Positions 51,202-64,000 of a DNA stretch of 64,000 nt are shown piece by piece; position 1 is the first letter of the stretch; the number at the start of each line of letters is the position of its first letter. Below the pieces are notes generated by a model. The model worked only from the letters and a program-made list of their open reading frames with translations. It did not search any database and was not told where the DNA came from. The stretch is from NCBI RefSeq assembly GCF_016433145.1, contig NC_058130.1:167159972-167223971 (forward strand), given 5' to 3'. The stretch comes from Gracilinanus agilis. Lineage: Eukaryota. A program made the position numbers and the translations under genes.

Positions 51202-51540
51202 CCCATAATGGTGAACCTATGGCACAGGTGCCAAAGATGGCACACAAAGTGTTCTCTATGGGCACTCCCCCTCACAGTTGGTTACTAGAAAGGCAGAGGG
51301 ATTCTGTGGAGCTTTTCCCCTCCCCCTCTTCACTGTGCCTGATGACATCTTTTTACATCCCCTGCCCCTCTGCCCAGCAGCCCAATGGGAGCACACAGGG
51401 GATAAGGGGGGGCAGCTCACAGGCAGCAGAGCTAGAGGGGAGCAGAGCCCTCGGGCCATTCCCCTCCCTCTCTACACTGACTGAGGACATTCCTCACTTC
51501 ACTCACCCCTCAATGGACTCTGTCTCTAAGTTTCACCAAC
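51202..51540 (+). mobile_element. Degenerate hAT MITE
   Basis: Starts ATGGTGAACCTATGGCAC (a decayed CAGTGATGGCGAACC-type TIR) and ends AAGTTTCACC. AACTAGG occurs on both flanks. Confidence 0.6.
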
Positions 51541-54500
51541 TAGGTGCAATGATTAGGTGATCACTGAGGTTCCTTCCAACTCCCGATATTCTCTGATTCT
51601 AGGAATAGTTGAGATTAAAAGTCTCTAGGGATTGATAGGTCAGAAGACAAAATGGTCTCTTCCAGGAGGAGCATTGCTATGCCCCAGTAAGGTTAGTGGA
51701 CAACAGTTCCTAAGGAAATGATTGTTCTTCAGTTACTGTAACCCTTAGTTATGATACAATAGACTTGGGCTCTGTGAAATTTTTTCAAAACTATTTTGGT
51801 AACTTTCAATATAATTGATTTTCTTTATATTCCTTTCTATTTTATTTTTTAACCTTTAAAATATTATTTTGGTAAATGGGCACCAGCTAGCAAAAGAGGT
51901 TCATGACAAAAAAAGCTTTAAAACTCCTGTTGTACAGTAATTACTGACCTCTATCTACCTTTTTTTTTTAAATGCTTACCTTCTGTCTGATACAATTGAT
52001 ACTAGGTTTCAGAAGACAAAAGAGCAGTAAGGGCTGGGCAGTGGGGTTAAGTGACTTGCCCAGGGTTGCACATCTAGGAAGTGCCTGAGGTCAAATTTGA
52101 ATCCAGGACCTAAGACCTCTAATCTCTAGCCATTTCTCTCTATCCATTGTGCTACCCAGCTGCCACTCTCTTCTTGGCAACTTTTGACTCACAGTCTTAA
52201 GGAAACTCACCTCCTGTGTTCCCCATTAACCCATAAGGAAAGCAGCAGTGAGTTCTTAACGCTAGTCCTTGAGCTTCCGTGGGTTGGGGTACCCTGTTTG
52301 CTCTGCTGGCCCCCAGAGCTGCTGCATGGCTGTGGCCCTGACCTCTCTTTTGAGCTTCACTTGCCTCAAGGATAGCTCTCCCTCCATAACCTTTATCTTT
52401 CTTTCTGTTTAATCACCAGAGCTGTCACAGGGCCTAGTGCTCAGACAGCTATAAAGTGGGCTCCCTCAGGAGACATTTTAAACTAAGAGAGGGCAGTGCT
52501 CAGCCGCATTTCTTTATCCATTGAGAGCTGGGCCTAGAGATGAGAGGTCCTGGGTTCAAATGTGATCTCAGGCACTTTCTAGCTGTGTGACCCTGGGCCA
52601 GTCACAACTCCCATTGCTTAGCCCTTACCACTCTTCTGCCTTAGAGCTGATACTGGTTCTAATACAGAAGGTGAGGGTATAAAAAAATACAGTTCACTGG
52701 TTTTGACCAAATACTGGATTGTTGCTGAAGCAAATAAATAAAAACACAATACAACACAGATATTGTTCATTTGTGGTTTTCTAAGTTGATATATGCCCAC
52801 AGGGGCCTGTTTCAATTTGGGTCTGACAACTCTTTGTATACTTCGTGTACTCCCAATGTGCCCCATTGTGTTATAAGCTTGCTGAGATAAAAACTTGGAT
52901 CCCTGGAACCCAGCGCAGTGCTTTGTCTAGGTCTGGTGTCGGCTGACTGCCCTGCTGAGACAGACCACTAATCCCATCGAATTCTTTTACATCCTATCTT
53001 TAAGTTCAGTAAGACAGTCTGCAGCTAGATTTTGGGGTTGACAAAGGAACAGATTTCTAGGGTTTGTTGTTGTCTGGTCCTGCAGGTTTAGTGCTAGCCA
53101 GGTGGGTAGATGCTGGTGTGTGGGGAGGACAGACCGGCTCCAGCCTCTTGTGCTCTTCACTGGGTAGAGGTGGGAGGTTCCTGGGCCTCAGTCTCCTGTT
53201 CTGGCCTGTCCCTCATCATTCCTTTGCATGAGCCCTAGCCTGTGCCTGGCATGTGTGCTCTCTTCGTGTCTGCCCCTTGAAGCCCTCCTCTGGAGAGCAG
53301 TTTGGCATGATAGGCTTGATTTGAAGTCAGAGGGTTGGAGTTTGAGCCTCACTTTTCTCTTGTTACTTGTAAGACTTTTGGCATGGTTACTTCACCTCTC
53401 TCTAGGCCTCAGTTTCTTATATGTAAAAGGAGTGGGTTGGACTGAGTGATTTCTAAGCTCCCTTTTAGCTCTAAACTTAGGATCCTCTGATTTTTCTTCA
53501 AGGATTTTCCTAGATCTCACCAACTGAAAGTCATCTCTTAAAAATGTCCTAGAGGACTTTGCCAAGAGCATTTCTTTGTTTTATCTATTTTAGCTTATGT
53601 CATCTTTATTTCTACATTTCACATTTCCTTTTGTTTTCTTTTAAACTCTTACCTTTTGTCTTAATAATAATTCTAAGAAGAGCAGTAAGGACTAGGCAAT
53701 CAAGGTTAAGTGACTTGCCTAGGGTCACACTAGTTAAAAGTGTCTGAGTTCAAATTTGAATTCAGGTCCTCTTGACACTCTATCCACTGTGCTACCTTAC
53801 CTGTCTGCCCCTAAAATACTGGAGTGGTTTGCCATTTCCTTCTCTAGCTCATTATGTAGACGAGAAAATTGAGGCAAACATGACTAAGTGACTTGCCCAG
53901 GGTCACACAACTAGTTAGTGTCTGAGGCCGATTTTAATTCAGGAAGACAAATCTTCCTGAGTGTAGGCCCAGCACTCTATTCACTGTGCCACCTTTCAGC
54001 TGCTCCATGTTTCCTTCTAGTAGATTCTATTGTAAAATTGAGAGCAGTGTTAAATTTTCATCTTTGTATCCTTCACACCTGGCACATTGCCTTGAATGTA
54101 GTAGATAATTCATAAATATTTGCTGAATTAGGAAAGTAACAAGTGAGGTCTTCTGGCCTATGGGAAACAGCTGAACACAGCCCACAGGGCTCAGAAGAGA
54201 TGGTAGCACCTAAGTCTAGTGGGGTTAATGATACACATGATTTCTAATTAGAAGAATAAAAATAGAGAATGGATCACACAGCTAGTTGGTGACCACAATT
54301 AGTACCCTGGTTTTTGACACTTAGTCCTGCTATACTGTGCTGTCTCACAGGGAGTGGTTTCTGTTTTCAAATATTTGAAGGGCTGTCATGTGGAAGAAAG
54401 ATGAAATGGTGTAATAAGAATACTAGAGATGGAATTTGATACAGGTTCAAATTCAAGCTTTGTAATTTACCTGTATGACCTTGGGTGAGTCACTTCACTT

Positions 54501-57500
54501 ATATAGGCTTCAGTTTATTTCCTTCTACAATGAGGAAGTTGAACTATATGATCATTTCTAAACCTCAGGCTCATTTATTTTTTAGCTCTAGAGTACAGAA
54601 CTAGGACTAATGGGCAGAAGTTAAAGAAAGATAAAATTCAGCTCAGTATGAAGAATGAACTTCCTAGCCGTCCCTATAAATGACTGAACTGCCCTAGAAG
54701 GCAGTGAGTTCCCCTCCTTTTGGAGGTGAAGTTAGATGATCTCTCGGTGGGTATTTGGTAGTGGAGATTCATATTGCCTACTATGAGATTTTGTGAAAAA
54801 GAGAGAGAATGAAATAGAAGCAGAAAGACAAAAATAGACAATTCATGAAAAATTGACTAATTAAGACTACATATGCTTGACTTTATTTTCGGTATTAGGA
54901 ATAGAAAGCCAAAAAGCAAAAGAAGCTTCATTCTAGTTGGGAATTAATATATTCAGAAGTATCTAGCTATGAGGTAATTTGAAGAGCAAGAGACTATTAA
55001 TAATTGGGCTATCAGAAAAGCCTTCATAAAGGAAGTGTCATTGGAGGGAAGCCTTGAAGAAAGACAAGGCTTGTAAAAGGTGGAGATGAGATAGAGTGTG
55101 TATATGTCCAAGTGTGGGAAACACACTTGTACAAATTCAGAGAGGCATAAGATGAAATGCTACCTTAGAGGAACTATTAGTCTTCACTTTGACTAGAATG
55201 TAGAATACTTAAAAGGGGAATAATGTGAATTAATATTGGAAAGATAGTTTGTGGCCAAATCTGGGGGAGACTTTTAGTCAGGCTGAAGAATTTGTATTCT
55301 GTCTTTAAGGTAATAGGCAGCCATTGAAGACTTTTGACTGGGGAAGTCACATGGGTAGGCCCTGACTAATTTAGGAAGATTATTTTGCCAACTGAGAGGA
55401 GGTTGAAGGAGAAAGGAAGAAGATACTAGAAGCCAGTATTCCATTTTTATGATCAGCTTAGTGACTTTCGATACACAATTCCAAATTGTTTTTCAGAAGG
55501 GTACATTCTGTGATTTCATTATCCTCACATAACAGTTTTTACTACATGCACTGAGAATCAATGAAATTAAGCTACCAGCTCAATTCTCCATGGCCAAAGG
55601 TTCCCCTGTGGAGTCAGCTCTTTTTCTATGGCTGAAAGCCTTTTAACTACTTTGAGGGCGGATTCTTAGACTTATTGTTGCCTCTGCTGTGGCTGAGACC
55701 AGCTGGAGATTATAAAATGCCCCAACTTTGGGGATTGAGTTTCAGCTGATGGTATTAGAATGGAATAGCCATGTGCTAGATGCTTTTTGCACTAAGCCCC
55801 ACAGAGCAGATCTTGGTTTCATCTGGATGATGAAGGTAGCAGGGACTTGGATCCAATCCATTATTAATGGATTTATTTGTGAGATACTCTCATAAACATA
55901 TCATATTTCACATGTATTTTGTTGTATGTCAACCCTCCTCCATCTGAAAAAAGGTTTCTATAAACTGATAGCTTGGGTGAGCTTTATATAGGTTTAAAAA
56001 TAGCTCAATATTGGATTTGAGAACAAAATGAATCTATGTGTGAATTTTTATCTTAAAGTGAATGAAGAACATTTAGACCTGTGTGCTAATTACTTAGTAA
56101 ATGTTTGTTGACTGATTGACTGTTTATATGATGGAGGAGAATAGATACCTCTCTAGTATCTTTCCCTGACCCCAAATGGGTCATGAAGAATCAGATAAGA
56201 TTGAAATGCCTGAACAACACCCCAATTTTGGGGTACCCTCATAGTTTTCAGTTGTTTGTCACAACAAAAAAAGGTTGTTACAAATATTTTTGTATGTATG
56301 TGTTTTTTCTTTTCTCTTTGATCTGTTTTTGGGTAATAGGCCTAGTTGGTACAAAGGAAAGAACACTAGACCAGGAGCCAAGGGGAGCCATTGAACATTT
56401 TTGAGGAAAACAGTGTAGCGATCTGTCTTGTGAATTAGTAAGATTATTTTATTAAGCACCTACTACGTGCAGGTGCTAGATATGCAGACATAAAAATTAA
56501 ATTATATGTTCTCCAGAAACTTGCATTCTTTTGGAGGAGACAACATATAGACCACCAGATAGACACACAATAGATACAAAGTAAAGACAAGGTAATTTCA
56601 GGGGTGACTGTAGCAGCTGGGGATCAGGAAGAGCTTCCTGTAGAAGGTGGCCTTGGAGCAGAGCTTGGAATAAGGCCAGAAATTCTAGGAAGGGGAGGAG
56701 GGAATATAGCCCAGGCATCGACAACAGCCTTTACAAAGGCACAGTGTGCATGGGAGGTGGGATAACGTGTTGAGGGACAGTACATAGGCCTTTTTGGTGG
56801 GACTACAGAATGCATGAAGGGAAATGTAGTATGCAAACTTGGAAAGATGGCTGGATGGATGTAGGAGTCAGATTGTGACAGTTCTTAAAAAATGAAATAG
56901 AAAAATTTGTAATTGTTCTTTGGGACAACAGGGAGCTATTGAAATTTCTTGAGCAGAGTAATGATGTGGTAAGAACTGTGCTTTTGGCAGTTATGAGGAG
57001 TATGTGAGTGGAAGAAACTGGAGGGTAGAGAGAATAATTAGGAGGATACTGAGATAGTCTGGGCTAGAAATCTAGTGTTTTGAACTAGCGTGGTAGCCAT
57101 GAAAGGAGTATATAGCAAGAGATATTATGGGGTCCTTTCCATGTGGCCTATTTTCCCATCTCTAAAATGAGGGAATTGGACTCAATCTTTCAAGATCTTT
57201 TTTAGTTTTATTAGATTTTTTTTTTCCACCCAGAAATTGGTTGATAAAATTGGGAACTATTGTGAATTATTGTGAACTATTTTGCATTTGGATAAGAATG
57301 GTTTTTCCTTTTTTTTTTTTTTCAATTAAAAACTTTTCCAGTGGTTAAATATTTATTTTTCTTCTTTTTACCTCCCCTACTATTGAAAAAAGAAAAAAGA
57401 AATCCTTGTAACAAATATGCATAGTCAAGCACAATTCTAAATCATTGGTTTTGTGGAATCAGGGTTGGCCATTGTGTTGATCAGAGTTCTTGTCATCCAA

Positions 57501-57627
57501 AATTGTTTGTTTTTATAATCTGGTTACTGTAGAAATTGTTCTGATTTCTCTTGACTTTACTTGGTATCAGTTCATTACAAGTCTTCTTAGGTTTCTCTGA
57601 AACCATCGTTTTCAAAACTTCTTACTG

Positions 57628-57805
57628 CAGAGGTGTCAAATTGGCAGCCTGAGAGGGAATATGCAGGGAACCATATTCAAATATAATTGGAAAATATTTA
57701 ACAAAATAAAGAAGAGTATAATATAACACAGATAATGGCAGTATGTGATTTTCTAAGTCACTATGTGCTTGCAGAGATTAGTTTCTATTTGAGTTTGACA
57801 CTCTT
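57628..57805. mobile_element. Old hAT-type MITE
   Basis: Imperfect TIRs CAGAGGTGTCAAA / TTTGACACTCT. Confidence 0.5.
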
Positions 57806-60800
57806 TTTCTTTTTAAAGTCCTTACCTTTCATAAAAGCAATATTATTTATTCGTTCCAAGGCAGAAGAGTGGTAAGAGCTACACAATGGGTTTAAGTGAC
57901 TTGCCCAGAGTCACCCAGCTGGAAAGTGTCAGAGGTCAGATCTGAACCTAGATCCTCTGGATTCCAGGCCTAGTGCTTTATCTACTGTGCTATCTAGCAG
58001 CTCCTGGATTTAGTTACTTTCAATACATTGATTATAGAATATTTTCAGCTCTGTATGATAGGAATGAAATCACATTTCCATTTCAATCTTTTCTCTGATA
58101 TATATGGAGTCCGGAGTTTATGTGACGCTTTCCTTTTAATAACAACAACATTTATAGCATTTTTTGGCAAAGCTTTTATAAAGTTTTCAAAGCACTTTAC
58201 AAATATCTCATTTTATCCTCACAACAATCTTGGAAAGTAGAGGCTATTTTTGTCCCTAAAAATGAAGCAGACAGAGTAAGTGACTTATCCAGGGTTACAC
58301 AGCTTATAAAGTGTTTGAAGTTAAAACTGGACTCTGGAGTTAGGAAGACTCTAGGCATTTTACTTACTGTACCATCTAGTTGCCCTCCTAAGAGGATGAT
58401 AGATTTTAAGTTTTAGAGCTGGAAAAGACTTTAGAAATCATATTCTGGGCTGTTAGGTGGCTCAGTGGATTGAGAGTCAGGCCCAGAGTTAATGACCACT
58501 TTTGTCCAAAGTTCTCAAATTCTAACTATAGAAACTGAAGAATAGAGTCCCTACTCCCCTGGGATAGTCTTTTAAGAATACATCACCAGGCAGGTAATTT
58601 GGGAGCTAGAGCCTGCTTTTAAAGTGTTTTTGAGTAATTTTAAATGTTTAAACCACTGTAAAATTTGTTAGTTAAAAAAAAGTATGTGTTAATGTGCAAA
58701 GATCCTTAGCATATGGAATAGATTTTACAGATTTGATAAATCAGTTCCCAGATTGCTAAGGGGAGGCATTTTAAAACTAAGGAAGTGTAGGCATCTATGT
58801 GGCTTAGTGGATAGAGTCCCAGGCCTGGAGATGGAAGGTCCTAGGTTCAAATATAACCTCACACACCTCCTGTCTGTGTGACCTGGGCAAGTCACTTAAC
58901 CCCCATTATCTAGCCCTTACCTCTCTTCTGCCCAAGATAAAAGATAAGGGTTTTTTACAAAATGAAGTTAGTCTAGTCAACAGGGATATACATGTGTATG
59001 TGAGCTTAGAGCACAGTAGAGGCCTCACAGTCTGGTGTTCTTTGCCTGCCACCCTAGCTGGGCAGGCAAAGAAGCCAACATGGAAGGACCTATTGTAAAG
59101 TATGTGGTAATATGCAGTCAAACTGCATAAAACCCTCCTATTGAGGAGTTTTCACTTTACTACAGTAAATATAAAAACCAGCAGTTTTTACACTAAAATT
59201 TTGAAATAAGAGACAAATTTATTAACCCTTTGGTTCCAAGATGAGAATTTTCATGGTACATAGTGCATTTTGCATTTACCTAATTTAAAAAAAATTTTTT
59301 TTAAATAAACATGAGAGGCCTTCTTGGTTTCAGTGGGTTAAAAAAGCTAGAAATAATGAGTCATGAAATTAAATGATGTGCAATTACAGCACTTCTAATA
59401 TAAGATATTCTGGAAAGGTTGTTTAATAAGAATATTATACACATGCTCTCTAGCAATGTGACATTTCTTTTGCATTTTTCTTTTGGTTTCTGTTCTTTTG
59501 CTGGAGCACTTCATCTACTGCTTTATTCTGTACTTTATAAAGTAACCTGCAATCTCCATTGTTATCTTAAATTTATTATGAAATTGCCAATAATTGGATA
59601 TATAATTTGTATCTGCATTTTTATTTTATTGCTTCATGTCCTTGTAAGTCATTCATAATTGACAGATGATTGTAGCCATTGCCTAAGTATTTTTTCTAAT
59701 AAAACAAAGCAAATCACATCTAAAAAAATAATAAAAGAAACCAACATGATCTAGTAAAAAAAATGTAAATAAATGCCAACTTTTTTTCATCAGTCCTTTT
59801 TCTTTCCTACTTCTCTTCCCTATCTTGAAAAGTATTACTTTGAAATATACCTTATTCACCTATTTCTCAAAACTTTTCTGTTTTCTTTGTGGTAGGTTCT
59901 CTTGGTGTTCTGTCCCATCTGATATGAAGCAAGAAGATCACAAACACTCTGATTTGGTGTAGGAGCATGCAAACAGGTGACTGATGTGGGGGAGAAGTAG
60001 GGGGGCACTTACTGTCCTGGAATCTCATCGGTCTGGGGAGGGGGGAGAGGCTCATGTTCCTCTTGTCCAAAGCAAGGCTGAGAAATCAAAATTCATCTCT
60101 CTGACTGGGAACGTTAGTTCTAGGATTCTTCTGAAGAATACTGGGGTTTAGACTATGGAGGTATAGGTTCATAGTTCACATTAGAGTTTATTACCATGAA
60201 CTAGAACCTTGCTGGTTTTTGTAGAATTCAGTTTCTCTGGCCTCTATGTAATCCTTGTGGAGTTAGGAGTAGCCTCAAATGATACTAGCCTTTAGCACCT
60301 TATCTTTCTCTCAATGAGACATTCCCTATACTTGGATCCAGACCTAGGAATCAAGCCTCATCTAGACTGGTCCTTCCCAAGGGAGCAGAAAGTTGGGGAG
60401 TATATATGTAGTACCACAGAAGCCACTTCAACCTTAAGAAAAACAACTTGATCCCGATTGGATGTTACTTAATTCTATAAGGGTCCTTAAACTACTAGGC
60501 CTTTGCAAAGATTACATGAGGTCACCATATAGCTAATATTACCTGAAACTAGAATTTTATCCTCCTATATGATGAAAGTAAACTGCAGTGAGAATAATGA
60601 GGAGTATGACAAGTTTCATACCAGAAGCACAAAATAGAGTTTGTACATCAGATTTAAAGTTGTAAGAAATCTTGGAGATAATATGACCTACTTCCCTCAT
60701 TTTACAGATGAAGAAATGTTTCCATGAAGAAATGGTTCCAAATGGTTCCAGTGAAGAAATGATTTGCCATTTCCTTCTCCAGAGAGGTTAAGTTACTTGT

Positions 60801-61077
60801 TCATACAGGTAGTACCAAGCCAAGATGAAATTCTGACTGAGGTTCTCTGACATCAAATCCACTGCTTTTTGTTACATTCAGAAATTTTAGTTACTCTTAT
60901 TCCTCTGGTAGGTTTGAAGGCATCCGTGTGCTTCTTGAGAGTTTAAAACTCATCATTAAAATCCATTAGATTGTACTCTTCTGGGTAGCAGGGACAGTCA
61001 TTTTTGGACAAGCACAATATCTGGCACATAAAATTCAAAAATTTTATTTATGAATGCTTAATGTTATTTGCTTAATC

Positions 61078-61270
61078 CAGTGGTTCCCAAACTTTTTTGG
61101 CCTACCACCCCCTTTTCAGAAAAAATATTACTTAGCTCCCTGGAAATTAATTTAAAAAAAATTTTAATAGCAATTAATAGGAAAGATAAATGCACCTGTG
61201 GCCATCACTGCCCCCATGGATTGCTGCAGCACCCACCAGGGGGTGGTAGCACCCACTTTGGGAATCACTG
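61078..61270 (+). mobile_element. hAT (Charlie-group) MITE, 193 bp, copy 2 (inverted relative to copy 1)
   Basis: TIRs CAGTGGTTCCCAAA / TTTGGGAATCACTG; 8-bp TSD GCTTAATC at 61070-61077 and 61271-61278. Closely similar to the reverse complement of 17329-17520. Confidence 0.9.
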
Positions 61271-61290
61271 GCTTAATCTCAGACTACAGC

Positions 61291-61850
61291 TATGTTATCT
61301 CAAGCTGTTTCTTTCCCCTGGGTTGCCCTTTACTCTGGCAGGGCTCCAGAGGCCCAGCCAGAGCCTAAAAGTCATTTAACAAGGGTTTTAGCCACAAGGG
61401 CTTCTCCCAATCAAGGGAGCCTCCCAGAGGCTAGTACCTCCTGGGAGGTCAAAGGAGTCAACCTTCTTTACTCATCATGTGTAGTTCTAAGAGAGAGATT
61501 TAAGAGCAGTCTCTCCAAGGTCTTAGGGTCTCAGGTCCAGAGCTCCTCCACATTTAAGCAAGAACCAGAAGCACGCCTTCAGGTCCTGTTCACAGACCAG
61601 AAATCCTTCACTGACTCTCTTTTTAAAGGGTCCTCTTTTGCATCACTTCCTGTGCTGACCTCTTAGTTTATATGTCCAATCACAACAGACACTTTTCTTG
61701 GGATTGCCCAGGAGGCAGTTAGTAAATTCTGATTTGTTACTTTAGCACACGTGGGTTACAGACCACCCAATTTGTGAGTTAAGTGAAGATGTTTTCACCT
61801 TTGGTGATTAGATTAAGGATGGGCAGGGTAGACTTAATCTCATTATCACA
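61291..61850. mobile_element. Probable solo-LTR remnant
   Basis: TG...CA-bounded block with LTR-like composition and a minus-strand TATA/CCAAT-like region. No TSD found. Confidence 0.4.
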
Positions 61851-63519
61851 CATCCAAGATGAAAGCATTTGTTTTTGACTCATTAATCAAGAGTGCTGAA
61901 TGGAAAATTCTGATACAACTCAGTATGATTTTGGCTTATATTTATCTATACCAGATTTGTCATATACCTTTCTTACATTCCTCCCCACTGGGATACCTGT
62001 CTGTCAATAAATAAATAAGAATTTATTGAATTGAATTTATCCTGAATTTCTACATTGTAGCCACCAGATGTCGCCTTCATGTCAGAGAAATTGCATGCTT
62101 CCTTGAGTCCAGCCTGAGAATTCTCTCCCTAGAGCAGTGACATCTGTTAAATTGTGTGGCTGGGAAAGTTAGAAGTAGAAGAGGCAAAGAATTTAAGATC
62201 TAGATTTAGAACTAGCTGAGGGACCATATGGTTTGGCCTGATTTTGACCAGGACTCACTTTAAGGGGGATTTTTGTTATTGTTGAGGTATTTTTGGTAGT
62301 GTCTGACTCTTAGTGACCCCATTTGGGGTTTTTACAGATGAAGAGACAGGTAAATAGGGTTAAGTGACTTGTCTAGGGTCACACAGTAATAAGTGTCTGT
62401 AACCGAGTTTGAACTCAAGTTTTCCTGATTCTAGGCCCACGTGCTCTATCCTTTGTGGTACCCCTTAAGGAGGAAGGAAGTGAGTTTTTGATCTTTTTTT
62501 TTTCTTTCTTTCTGAAGAAGAAATTCCTCAGGGTCTCATTTATATTTCCTCTTAGCAGTCATGATATGAAAGCTATTATTCATGAATAGAGCAGTACCCC
62601 CAGAATGGAATTAGATTTCCAAAGAGGGAAAAAAGGAGCTATGGTTCAAAGAAGGAGCATAAAATTGGAAGCAAAGACTTCTAGGGTCCATTTCAGCTGA
62701 TAAGGACTTATTGCAAGAGCTGGGGTAGATCATATTCCAGCCTTCATTTTGTTTCTGTTGAACCAAAAGAAATGTTTTTCTTGTCTTGGGATGGAATGAC
62801 TTTTCAGAGTTGTTAAGAAAGTCTGCTTAGTCAGAAAAGATTGATTATGTACCTCTGTACTGAGCATTGTGGGGCAATGCAAAAACCAATCAGCAAGACA
62901 AAGGAAGAGCTATAGTATCAAACATAGCATTTTGAAAGGAGCTCAAGGACCAGGTAGTGCAGATGAAGAAACTGAGTTGCAGGAGGGCAGGTGACTTGTG
63001 ACCATCATACAGGTGGGAAGCCTTAGAAGAGGAATGTGACTGCAGAGTCAGTGCTCTCTTTCCTGGAAGCAGTATAAACCATAAGAGTTTGGAAGTAATG
63101 GAGACAAGAGAGAAAAGATGGGGACTGTAGGGACTCAGAGGGAGATAGGAATCCCAGTGAAGTTTGTTGGGAAGCAGAGAGGCCTGTAGGGACCTGGAGA
63201 TAAAGGTGTAAAGGGGAAGGCGTATTAAGGAAAGTAGAGAGTAGCATCTGAAAGTTTTCTAGGAATGAATGTTTCCAGCCTGCCCCTCAAAAAAGGGCGT
63301 CTTGAAGAATGTATAGGGATGAAGGGTTTAGTGGGTAGGCATGTGAGCCTCGGGATTCTAGGTCACCTTTTGGAGAGAAGACTGTGGAACTTTTTGAACG
63401 GGGCCCAGGGAAAGTGGAGGGGCGAAGAAGCCCAGGGGTTTAGGGGAAAGATTCTTAGAAGGATGGGTATATAAGACTCGTGGAGACATGTACAGCCTTT
63501 TGGGAACGCAGGTGGGGCG

Positions 63520-64000
63520 CTAGGGGTACCCAGGGCCTTTAGGAAAAAGAGTCACGGCAGGCCATTTCGAGTGGGGGAGGCAGGCCCCCCATCTGCGGGT
63601 CCCGCGAGGGGGCTGAGCTCTGTCCTGGAGGGAGGCACTGATGGGAGGCACTGGTGGGAGGCAGGAGGCGCCGCTCCGGGAGGGTGGGGCCGGTAGGGGG
63701 AGGAGGAGGGGCTGCTGGGGCGGGGGCGGGGGCAGGGGCCTCGGGAGGGAGGCGCCGGGAGGGGGCGGGCGGCCTGCCCCGGGAGTCGCACTCGGCCGCC
63801 ACCGGCGCAGCGAGCAGAGACGGGCCCGGGCCGGGCCGGGCGGACCTGGCCGAGCACACTGGGGCCCGGGGGCCCGGACGGGAGGAAGCGGCGGCCAGAG
63901 CAGGCCAGGACACGGGAGAAGCGCAGCGCCACGGAGCGGAGCCGGGACACGGGTGGGGCCGCAGCCTCAGACCGGACCAGCGCCCTGGTCCGCTAGGTCA
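63520..64000 (+). promoter_or_regulatory. CpG island, probably the NPR2 promoter/5' region
   Basis: Very high GC and CpG content with GC boxes. NPR2 is inferred only from the human gene order GBA2-RGP1-MSMP-NPR2; no NPR2 coding sequence is in the window. Confidence 0.55.

Noticed and set aside
29300-63500. Avidin-like or other recognisable protein-coding gene in the MSMP-NPR2 interval (avidin genes lie in this synteny block in birds, from recollection)
   Set aside because: No ORF or exon-like segment resembled avidin or any family I recognise by eye. A tBLASTn search would be needed to exclude decayed exons.
63539-63950. ORFs at the terminal CpG island as NPR2 coding sequence
   Set aside because: No match to the recalled NPR2 N-terminus (MALPSLL...RNLTLAVVLPE). 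The coding exon is presumably beyond the window.

Overview
Marsupial genomic DNA. The SINE families (SINE1_Mdo/Opo-type and MAR1-type) point to an opossum such as Monodelphis, but the species is an inference. The window is syntenic with human 9p13.3. It contains the first three coding exons of GBA2 (minus strand, continuing off the left edge), the complete RGP1 gene (plus strand, head-to-head with GBA2 on a shared CpG-island promoter), the complete MSMP gene (minus strand, tail-to-tail with RGP1), and a terminal CpG island that is probably the NPR2 promoter. GBA2 intron 1 holds a full-length processed KRAB-zinc-finger retrocopy with a perfect 15-bp TSD and a poly(A) tail. A solo LTR (4-bp TSD) is inserted in one of its finger linkers. 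An orphan CpG island at about 28.7-29.2 kb carries a minisatellite of E2F-like sites and a strong splice donor, with candidate downstream exons and a poly(A) signal, suggesting an unannotated spliced transcript between MSMP and NPR2. The rest is mostly CORE-SINEs, L2, CR1/L3, L1 3' ends, LTR remnants and hAT MITEs. Gene identities come from my recollection of the human protein sequences; no database search was run. TE boundaries without a stated TSD are approximate.
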